Shown: positions 20,568 to 28,273 of the stretch, in pieces
Position numbering within the stretch: the stretch's first letter is position 1
How the letters are laid out: every line of letters begins with the position of its first letter
Virus record (IMG/VR): IMGVR_UViG_3300006139_000004
Location: 69,492 to 133,491 of that record
DNA length: 64,000 nt
Direction: 5' to 3' (one strand)
Source: a virus
Lineage: Duplodnaviria > Caudoviricetes
Notes under the pieces: model-generated
The model's database searches: none
What the model was told of the DNA's origin: nothing
What the model saw: only the letters and a program-made list of their open reading frames with translations
Program-made: the position numbers and the translations under genes

Positions 20568-21641
20568 TTATGCCTTACCCATCATCTGAGCAAACCGATA
20601 AAGAACAGTAACAAACTGTTCACGTGTCAAAATATCAGCCCACATATAATTAGGTTCACCATTAATCTGTGTACCATTACCAGCAATCAAGCCAGTGCTT
20701 GTCGCCCATTCACGTGCAGCTTTGCTATATGCGCTACTGTCATTATCCTGAAGTTCTTTTCGCATCTGATTCCAAAACTCTTTAAACTTTGCCAAATCCA
20801 TATCATCATCCTCCTGCATAATATTATCAGAAATTTTTTCTACCCATTGAAGCGAAACCCAGCCAGCACCAGTAAAACCCCAACCATTCTTTTCTTGAGT
20901 AATAGTCAAAATTGCTCCATTGGGATATGCCATCAAAATTGTTCCATTAGGTTCATCACGGCAATTTAGTCCATCATCTGCAATCACTTTAGATTGATAA
21001 TTAACCGTTTTACCCTGATCTAAAATTGCACTACCACCACCATTAAGAATTGTTTGAACTTCTTTACGTAAAGCGTCCATACTCTTTCCATGTTTAGGCC
21101 ACCATTGACCAACATCACTATGGTTAGAGCCATATCCGGCTTTATAAGACTCGGCATGGTCGCTAATACCAGAAACAGGATAGCCAAATTTCTTTACCAT
21201 ATAAACATTCCAAGCAACAACCATTTTCCACATACGATCAAAAAACTGCTGGTTTTTTGCAACATCATAACCAATCATCGTACCACCAGCATATGTATGA
21301 CCCGCTGGTTCACAAATTTCCCATTGGACTTTTGAATTATTCCAAGAACCTTTACTTCCAGCACCACAGCCCCAAGGACGGCTATTATATTTTAGGGTCA
21401 AAAGAATTCGTCCCTCTCCTTTATGAAAATCTCCTAAAATAGCATTTACACCCCAACCACAAGATTCTTTATTCATTAACTTATAGAACACATCTACATT
21501 TGGTTGAGCGCAACCAACAGAATGATTAACAGAACCCTTTGGGTTAATTGTACGACCACAAGTATAAGCACCATTTTCTGTTGCATATCGTACTTCTAAG
21601 TGACTTTCTACATAATTAATACATTCTTGTACTGTCATCAT
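20568..21641 (-). CDS. Endolysin: amidase_2-like + SH3b + SLH-like C-terminus
   Basis: NHSVGC, WEICEP, DHAE..HSD; LNCRDEP...GWVS; TREQF. Confidence 0.85.
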   Translation of the reverse strand: MMTVQECINYVESHLEVRYATENGAYTCGRTINPKGSVNHSVGCAQPNVDVFYKLMNKESCGWGVNAILGDFHKGEGRILLTLKYNSRPWGCGAGSKGSWNNSKVQWEICEPAGHTYAGGTMIGYDVAKNQQFFDRMWKMVVAWNVYMVKKFGYPVSGISDHAESYKAGYGSNHSDVGQWWPKHGKSMDALRKEVQTILNGGGSAILDQGKTVNYQSKVIADDGLNCRDEPNGTILMAYPNGAILTITQEKNGWGFTGAGWVSLQWVEKISDNIMQEDDDMDLAKFKEFWNQMRKELQDNDSSAYSKAAREWATSTGLIAGNGTQINGEPNYMWADILTREQFVTVLYRFAQMMGKA

Positions 21642-21643
21642 AA

Positions 21644-21925
21644 TTAGTTCACCTCAATATACTCTCTGCCCCAATAAGGCTCACCTTCATCCGGCGTTTT
21701 CAATACAGCATACCAAGCCTTTCCACCGTCTTTACGAAAACGTGGATCAACAGTTTTTGCACAAAAACCAAACCCGCTTTCATCTTCTTGAGCATCTACA
21801 CGGCACAATGCTTTATTGCACTCATAATTTTTCGCAGGATCACATTCATAGAATACAACCTTCTCACCAGTCGCACTATCAACAAGATAATTTCCATTTG
21901 ACACAATATTGTTTAAATTAATCAT
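21644..21925 (-). CDS. Hypothetical Cys-containing protein
   Basis: Between the two lysins; GGAG RBS. Confidence 0.6.
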   Translation of the reverse strand: MINLNNIVSNGNYLVDSATGEKVVFYECDPAKNYECNKALCRVDAQEDESGFGFCAKTVDPRFRKDGGKAWYAVLKTPDEGEPYWGREYIEVN

Positions 21926-21937
21926 AATTTCACTCCT

Positions 21938-22696
21938 TTAAAGCATCTGTGCAAAACGATACATTACAGTGACAAACTGTTCTCTTGTAAGAATATCGCC
22001 CCACATATAGTTAGGTTCACCATTAACAATGGTTCCATTACCAGCAATAAGACCTTTCTCAACGGCCCATTTTCTTGCTTCTAAACTATAATCATTACTA
22101 TCATTATCTTGAAGTTCTTTTCGCATCTCATAAAAAAGAGCAGTAAAATCAGCTAATGTAAATTCTTCTTTTTCTTTTTGAGATTTTGCAAATTTGTCAT
22201 AATAACCCTGTCCGTAATTGGCACGTTTATTCTGAGTTGCTTTTTCATTCATGCTTGCTGGTTTTTCAAATTGCAACAAGATTAAATTACTTGCTTCAAC
22301 TACAGATTCACAATTTTTCAAAATATTTAATAAGCCATATTGTTTTAATTCGATCATCAAATATTCAAGTTGAGTTTCCAGATCACCAATAGACTTATGC
22401 TTAGATTTTGTATACTTTAAAAAGCCCTCCTTACGTGACCAATAAGTAAGTTGCCATAAGCCATATCCAGCCGAATCATGAACAAAATTTGTATAAGAAC
22501 CATTGTCAACAGCAGCCGTATATTCTAAATCCGTCATATGCAATGTTTTTTCATAAGAGTTTTGTAAATTTGTAGGAATTAACCCACTCTCTGCATATAA
22601 ATTACCCATCAGACCAGCAGCACCAGCATCGGTAAATCCCGCAGCTTTCAAGAAGTTATAAATTTTTTCCTCTACCGTTTTACCAACTAACGCCAT
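21938..22696 (-). CDS. Phage tail-lysozyme-family muramidase + SLH-like C-terminus
   Basis: AAGLMGNLYAESG, GYGLWQLT, FEKPA; C-terminus shared with the amidase. Confidence 0.85.
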   Translation of the reverse strand: MALVGKTVEEKIYNFLKAAGFTDAGAAGLMGNLYAESGLIPTNLQNSYEKTLHMTDLEYTAAVDNGSYTNFVHDSAGYGLWQLTYWSRKEGFLKYTKSKHKSIGDLETQLEYLMIELKQYGLLNILKNCESVVEASNLILLQFEKPASMNEKATQNKRANYGQGYYDKFAKSQKEKEEFTLADFTALFYEMRKELQDNDSNDYSLEARKWAVEKGLIAGNGTIVNGEPNYMWGDILTREQFVTVMYRFAQML

Positions 22697-22707
22697 AGTC
22701 CACCTCC

Positions 22708-23730
22708 TTACAGATCAGACAAACTACTTTGTTTCTGTCCAATAACCTCACCATCTTTAAAATACTTTCCAAATTCCTCATCTGCATCAATATCTTTATA
22801 AACATTGACCATATCCGCAGAATCCCAACCAATAAGAGATTGAATAACAGAATCAGGAATATTGGCTCTTGCTAATTCTGAAGTCATAAAATGCCGTAGA
22901 GAATGAAGATACACGTCTGTACCCATAATCTTGGAATAAGTTCTGGCGAAACTATTCATGCGAGAAATAGTAATCGGCTGTGTCCTATCATGAACATCAG
23001 TAAAAAGCCATTCGCTTTCAATCCCACGTTTTTGACGATCAGCAAGCCAGAGATCAAGATATGGCTTAAATGGTTTATACAACACGTAGCAAATCAACTG
23101 TTTGCCATTTCGCCCACGCCCTTTTGTCTTAATCTTCTCTGGAGTTTTGTATAAAGAGCCATAGATAATATTCTCGTCATCAAAGTAAAACACTTTAAAA
23201 CGTGCAAGTTCAGCCTTACGCCGACCAGAATATGCCGCCAACGCAAGAAAACAAGCCTGTTCATATTTCTTGTGTTCAACAAGATAATCAAGGCATGATT
23301 GCACTTGCTCTTTTGTTAGAATAGTCTTTTCCCGAACAGGTTCATTAACTGGATTTTCAATTTTACGAACAACAGAACGGAAATTCGGATATTCGTCATC
23401 CAGAATATTTTCGATAAAATTAGAAATTGAAGATAATGCAGCTTTCAAATGTCGTACTCTGCTTGCCGAACATCCTTGCTGTAAGGCATAATTTTGAAAC
23501 ATCATAATGTCTCTCTTATTAACCTCAGTAAAAAATTTATTCTTTGCATTATCAACAACCCAACAGAAGAAGATGAGCAAATCATTCTCATATACATTAA
23601 TTGTTAATTCTGACCTATCTACTGAACGAAGATATGTCATAAAATCATTTAACAACTGAATGTTTTCAGGGTTAATCTGCTCAATCTTTTCAGGTGTTGT
23701 TTCAAGACATTGATTAGTTTTCCTCCCCAT
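22708..23730 (-). CDS. Second tyrosine recombinase (XerC/D-like)
   Basis: SGRRKAE, KTKGRG, HSLRH, IGW, MVNVY. Confidence 0.88.
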   Translation of the reverse strand: MGRKTNQCLETTPEKIEQINPENIQLLNDFMTYLRSVDRSELTINVYENDLLIFFCWVVDNAKNKFFTEVNKRDIMMFQNYALQQGCSASRVRHLKAALSSISNFIENILDDEYPNFRSVVRKIENPVNEPVREKTILTKEQVQSCLDYLVEHKKYEQACFLALAAYSGRRKAELARFKVFYFDDENIIYGSLYKTPEKIKTKGRGRNGKQLICYVLYKPFKPYLDLWLADRQKRGIESEWLFTDVHDRTQPITISRMNSFARTYSKIMGTDVYLHSLRHFMTSELARANIPDSVIQSLIGWDSADMVNVYKDIDADEEFGKYFKDGEVIGQKQSSLSDL

Positions 23731-23760
23731 TGAAATGTCTCCCTTCTGTTCTTATAAGCA

Positions 23761-23789
23761 AAGGGCTGTGCCAATTCAGCACAACCCTT
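23761..23789 (-). terminator. Hairpin terminator
   Basis: AAGGGTTGTGC / GCACAGCCCTT stem. Confidence 0.55.
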
Positions 23790-24212
23790 TCAAATCAACT
23801 GGTAATGAGGTTTCTCTTCATTAAATAACCAATAGCGCAAGTAATCATCAATTACAATAGCTATTACAGATAACGCCACCCATGCAAAAAAGAATGGAAG
23901 GCATATTTGTCCCCATAAATTAAGCGGCATATTTGAATAATCCCAAATGCCAAGTTTAAGCCAGACATTCAAAATCAGGCCAGCAATCAGTTCAACACAC
24001 GTAACAATGCTTGCTCCAGTAAACGCCTGTTGAACCATACCAAGTTCCCACGGTAAGTATTCATTGATTGCGCCAATTAAAACAAAGCAAATACCTCCTA
24101 CAAGAGCCATCGTCCAATGACTATGACCACGCCATAGCATCTCAATACCAAAATAGGTAGTGCCACCAATTAACAGTAACACTACCATTTTAATAACATT
24201 TTTGATTTTCAT
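23790..24212 (-). CDS. Four-TM membrane protein (CmpB/putative ABC type IV permease-like)
   Basis: WRGHSHWTM, ELIAG, WDYS.MPLN..GQICL. Confidence 0.7.
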   Translation of the reverse strand: MKIKNVIKMVVLLLIGGTTYFGIEMLWRGHSHWTMALVGGICFVLIGAINEYLPWELGMVQQAFTGASIVTCVELIAGLILNVWLKLGIWDYSNMPLNLWGQICLPFFFAWVALSVIAIVIDDYLRYWLFNEEKPHYQLI

Positions 24213-24619
24213 TTCACACCAACCAGCTTTGCAATATACTGGAGATCGAGTAAAGGCGCATTATAAAAATCGTAATTCCAAAGCCAATGATCTGCAAAAT
24301 CAGGACGCTTATATTTTTGGCACACAGGATCGTTCCAAACTTTATCCCATCTATCTTGATATGTAGGATCATATTCTTTTCGATCCAAACGCTTTATAAT
24401 AGCTTGTGTCAAACGACCTCTTTCAAGACCATTACCATCATCGTTTTGCGAAAAATAATCAAAAGCATCTTGGCTTGTAACATAGCAAATAGTTCCCTTA
24501 TCACAAGTAATGTGTCTATCTACAACTGAACATTCAGTTCCATAAGGAAGATTCACATTACCACATTGAGCCAATTTCTTATATCGCATTGTTACAACGT
24601 ATTTGTTATAAATCTGCAT
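24209..24619 (-). CDS. Hypothetical protein downstream of DGR
   Basis: AAGGAG RBS; Trp/Cys-rich. Confidence 0.65.
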   Translation of the reverse strand: MQIYNKYVVTMRYKKLAQCGNVNLPYGTECSVVDRHITCDKGTICYVTSQDAFDYFSQNDDGNGLERGRLTQAIIKRLDRKEYDPTYQDRWDKVWNDPVCQKYKRPDFADHWLWNYDFYNAPLLDLQYIAKLVGVK

Positions 24620-24641
24620 TTAAACAATCTCCTTTTTATTT

Positions 24642-25265
24642 TTAATCAAGCACTTCTACGGAACCGCCAGAAAGAGTAGTAAGAATCTTTTGAATCTGTG
24701 CTTGTGCAGCAGCAATATTGCTTTGCATCAAAGCATTCAAATCTTCAGGCAATTCCATACCATAAACAATACCAGCCAAATCATTAATATCGGTTGTCCG
24801 ATTTACCAAAACACGAAGCATATTGTTATATGTAGTGTGATAGGTAATCATAGACTGAGCAGCAACATAAATTGCCACAATATCAGACTTGCTATATGTG
24901 GTACATTCTTTGCCATCGGCATGATACGGATATTCCTCCACACCAGCCATCACAGAATAAAACATATTGGTAATGTTATTCTGATCGTAGCTATCCAAAG
25001 AGAAATGTTCGGTAGTATTGCCGCTGTTAGATGTGGTTACATCAACGCCAGCTTCGATTGCGCCATTGCAATAATTACGCATTTCATTCAACTTAGCTGT
25101 CCGCAGCAAATTCATCATCTCATCTGTTGCAGGATTATTTTCGTCAACAGGAAAGACGGTCAGATAATCAGCAACAGTAATCTTGCAATTTGTCAGTAAT
25201 TCATCCACTTGTTCTTTGCACCACAAAGCAGGATAGTATTTCTGAACCATTTCTAAAGCTGTCAT
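24642..25265 (-). CDS. XkdX-like N-terminus fused to DUF4376-like domain (tail fibre assembly?)
   Basis: KYYPALWCKEQV..KIT..DY; HFSLDSYDQNN, YHADG. Confidence 0.55.
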   Translation of the reverse strand: MTALEMVQKYYPALWCKEQVDELLTNCKITVADYLTVFPVDENNPATDEMMNLLRTAKLNEMRNYCNGAIEAGVDVTTSNSGNTTEHFSLDSYDQNNITNMFYSVMAGVEEYPYHADGKECTTYSKSDIVAIYVAAQSMITYHTTYNNMLRVLVNRTTDINDLAGIVYGMELPEDLNALMQSNIAAAQAQIQKILTTLSGGSVEVLD

Positions 25266-25277
25266 ATTCCATCCTCC

Positions 25278-25538
25278 TTAAACCAAATTTGCCATAACTC
25301 TCATATAGTCAAGTTCAGCAGTACGCTCTACTTCACTATCTAATTCAAAAACGGCGACTTGCTCACAATCTGCATAAGCCTCCGAATTAGAAATAGAATA
25401 AACAACGCCACCAGCTACAATGGCCTCTGCCTCGCTTTTGGGGCATTCAATATTGGTATTAGTTTCTGTCACTTTGCGTACAAAAACTACTTTCTGGAAT
25501 ACACCAATTAATTTATCGCCAGACATTAACTTATACAT
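25278..25538 (-). CDS. Small hypothetical protein overlapping RT end
   Basis: GGAGG RBS inside RT 3' end; ends AELDYMRVM. Confidence 0.6.
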   Translation of the reverse strand: MYKLMSGDKLIGVFQKVVFVRKVTETNTNIECPKSEAEAIVAGGVVYSISNSEAYADCEQVAVFELDSEVERTAELDYMRVMANLV

Positions 25539-26947
25539 TCGTCACCCTCCTTATCATAAAAATTTTCACGAATTTCTCTTAACAAAGAAAATGTTTCGGA
25601 ATTTTTACTTCTATTTTTCATACGATAGTCCCAACGGTTAATTAACGGTACAAAACCATCCATATACCGTTGATAACGTGTACGATCCAGTTCATCCATT
25701 TTAGCTTCCCATTCTTTTGGAGAAGTATAATAGAACCATCCAATCTCATAATTCCATCTTGCTTCTAATGTGCATTTGAACTTTTTATCCCATTCAGCAA
25801 GTTCTTTTTCAAATAGGCCAACAAAATGTATGTCCATTGCATGAACAGTCTTAAAACTATCGCATCTGGCAGCGTGTGATCTCCACGATTGATATGAAAT
25901 AAACACATCCTCTGGATTCATTTTACCTATATCAACCCATTCACGAAAGATTTTAAGTTTGCGCCGAATCGCCTTAATACTATTGCGGCTTAATTTCATA
26001 ACCACTTTTCCAGTTGGTTCAAGGCGAACACGCATTTTCAAGAACTTAAAACTATGATTTTTGAATGGAGTAATAACGCATTTCTTTTCATTCATCTCAA
26101 TTCCCAATTCTTCTGACAATTCAAATAAAGAATCACGTAATTCAGTTAAGAACTCAAGAGAATTACTTATTACATATCCATCATCCATGTATCTTGCATA
26201 TCCACGAACACCAAGTTTGTCTTTCACATAATGATCAATCGGACTTGCAAAATCTAAAGCGATATTTTGAGATACTTGGCTTCCTAAACCTAATCCACGT
26301 GGATCGTCTGGATTATGTTCAACTCCGCCCATAGTTAAGAAATCGTCTATAAGCTGACAACCGATTTCCTGCAACTTTGGATCATGAATATGTTTTCGCA
26401 AACGCTCTTTGGCTTTGTCATGAGGAATAGAAGCAAAATAACCATGAAAATCAAATTGAAATATACCACCTTCCAAACCATATTTACGATAATGTTCCCG
26501 CAAGAATTGTTTCAGCCTTTCAAGAGTCATATCCATTCCCTTTGCTGGCAAACTTGCACTATTATCATAAATAAACGTTCTGGAATAGGCTTCGGTCATC
26601 AACTCATCACAATAACATTTCTGAACACTTCTATCTTGAATAACAAGAGAATTAATATCTCTCATCTTTCCATGTTCTACTGTCTTGAAATGTTTGAAAC
26701 CGCCAAATTCATATTTATCATTGAGAACTCGTTCTTGCAAAGAATCGGTCTGCGTTAAGAGCATTGATTCAAAGTTTATAGTAGAGGTTTTCCAACGAAC
26801 ACCCGAACAGCAATTCTCGCCAGCTTCCCACATACTATCAAAAGTAAACACATCCTCAAATGCCTTATCGCAGACCGCCCTTGCTTTTTCTTCTCGTTCT
26901 CTTTTGCGTCTTTCGTATCTTTTTTGTTTTCTCTCAGCACTTGTCAT
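25526..26947 (-). CDS. DGR reverse transcriptase (ORF could start at 27001)
   Basis: GKMRDI, QDRSVQ, KGMD, FDFHGYFASI, GLGLGSQVSQ, RYMDD, FKFL; next to TR and avd. Confidence 0.95.
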   Translation of the reverse strand: MTSAERKQKRYERRKREREEKARAVCDKAFEDVFTFDSMWEAGENCCSGVRWKTSTINFESMLLTQTDSLQERVLNDKYEFGGFKHFKTVEHGKMRDINSLVIQDRSVQKCYCDELMTEAYSRTFIYDNSASLPAKGMDMTLERLKQFLREHYRKYGLEGGIFQFDFHGYFASIPHDKAKERLRKHIHDPKLQEIGCQLIDDFLTMGGVEHNPDDPRGLGLGSQVSQNIALDFASPIDHYVKDKLGVRGYARYMDDGYVISNSLEFLTELRDSLFELSEELGIEMNEKKCVITPFKNHSFKFLKMRVRLEPTGKVVMKLSRNSIKAIRRKLKIFREWVDIGKMNPEDVFISYQSWRSHAARCDSFKTVHAMDIHFVGLFEKELAEWDKKFKCTLEARWNYEIGWFYYTSPKEWEAKMDELDRTRYQRYMDGFVPLINRWDYRMKNRSKNSETFSLLREIRENFYDKEGDECIS

Positions 26948-26999
26948 ATCATAAACCTGTGGAGCAAAAGCCCCTCCTTTCTGTATAGCCTTATCATTC

Positions 27000-27280
27000 A
27001 CTGGCGAATACGTCTACGCATCAAATCCGTATTCGGTGACAGCTTCCGATACTGGTTTACTAAGCTACTTAACTATGCACCTATGAAATTTGACGGAGCA
27101 ACATACTTTAGTCAGGTGTTTAAATTGCTACTAAAATATATCGCACAAACCAGTAAAGTACGTCAAACCATGCAAGAAGCGTCCAGATGCAAGTATCAGA
27201 AAAGTATTTTTGGATGCCATCAGGCAGAGCCACGGCATACATCCTCCTTCTGAAATAACGGATATTGTGTTCGCCAGTCA
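27000..27280 (-). ncRNA. Structured DGR spacer RNA between TR and RT
   Basis: No credible ORF; ACTGGCGAATAC (27000) is complementary at 11 of 12 nt to GTGTTCGCCAGT (27269-27280); inner ATCCGT / ACGGAT. Confidence 0.55.
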
Positions 27281-27352
27281 TAAAGAAAGGTTACTAAGAC
27301 TAATCCAAGTTTGCAAACTATAACAATTTTGATGCTACTGCAAACAGTTTCA

Positions 27353-27475
27353 AGAATCCGGGAGCGACCCCATTGGAATTGCCGGAGTTGTTGTTGTTCG
27401 GAGAGCCGTCAGTGTTGACATTGCAGAAGTTGTTCGTGTTGCCAGCATTAACGGAACGCAGCCACCAATTCGCTG
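27353..27475 (-). repeat. DGR template repeat (TR)
   Basis: 123-nt ungapped match to VR; 13 AAY codons in the VR frame. Confidence 0.97.
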
Positions 27476-27508
27476 GGTCTTTTAGCAGGATGTAACCGAA
27501 ATAACCGC

Positions 27509-28054
27509 TTATTCAGCGGTATCTTCTATGTTGAATGTTTCCTCTGGAAGAATTACCTCGCTTTCTTTATCTTGATCTGCATGATTGTTGACCTTTGAAT
27601 TTGTAGACTTTTGCTGATTACGTTTATAACGTTTTTTATCAGATTCAATAATCCCTTTAATCAAAGCAGCCTCAAAATTTAATAGTCTCGCCCATTCCTT
27701 GAACATAGTTGACGTTTTCTTCTTATCTCCAAGAAAATTATTTCCTTTTAAAACAAATGAAAATACGATAGTCAGCAAACTACTCATATGAAAAATCTCT
27801 GCTCTTGCTTTACTTAGAAGCCGTTCTCTTTCAATAAAGTCCACTTCGAGCATATTTTTATGAATGTAATATGAGTTGGCCTTTGTGACATATTCGTGAA
27901 TATCAAGTGCAGCATTTAGAATACGTTCCACAATGTCACGTTTCCATGCTTTTGGAAATTTTTTAACTTGTTCAAGCGTGTAGGTTGCCAGTTCTTGCGC
28001 TACACGTATAAATTCAGCTTTTGATTCACTTCGTTGTGAAGCGTATACGGACAT
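27509..28054 (-). CDS. avd: DGR accessory variability determinant (Avd-like)
   Basis: Helical basic protein with FPKAWK..IVERI, between target and TR; GGAGG before ATG 28054. Confidence 0.85.
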   Translation of the reverse strand: MSVYASQRSESKAEFIRVAQELATYTLEQVKKFPKAWKRDIVERILNAALDIHEYVTKANSYYIHKNMLEVDFIERERLLSKARAEIFHMSSLLTIVFSFVLKGNNFLGDKKKTSTMFKEWARLLNFEAALIKGIIESDKKRYKRNQQKSTNSKVNNHADQDKESEVILPEETFNIEDTAE

Positions 28055-28131
28055 AGTAATCCTCCCATTCAATTATTAGATTATTGTCCCTATCTATATT
28101 ACGCTATTAGATAACTTTCTCGTTCCGCATT

Positions 28132-28160
28132 ATGGTAGCAGAAAATAATCGTTTTGTCAA
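28132..28160 (-). promoter_or_regulatory. Promoter for avd-TR-RT
   Basis: - strand TTGACA-17 nt-TACCAT with extended TG. Confidence 0.65.
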
Positions 28161-28208
28161 GTACATATTGAGAAAATTTTCTAATCAATTTTTGATAGGG
28201 GGTACACC

Positions 28209-28265
28209 GTTCATCATCCATTATCTGTCCCGGCTTGCGCCTTAGACGAGATAATGGAGATGAAC
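28209..28265. repeat. Inverted repeat just downstream of the target stop (DGR hairpin/cruciform)
   Basis: GTTCATCATCCATTATCTGTC ... GACGAGATAATGGAGATGAAC, two bulges. Confidence 0.8.
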
Positions 28266-28273
28266 TGATTAGC

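Noticed and set aside
20568-23730. Recombinase-driven shufflon of lysin C-termini
   Set aside because: Repeats are direct and diverged at synonymous sites; no inverted recombination sites
25526-27001. RT as group II intron, retron or Abi RT
   Set aside because: The TR/VR pair, Avd and hairpin identify a DGR; no intron-like or msr/msd structure seen
27380-27440. GTT repeats as microsatellite or CRISPR
   Set aside because: They are the AAC codons of the TR; no repeat-spacer array was seen anywhere in the window
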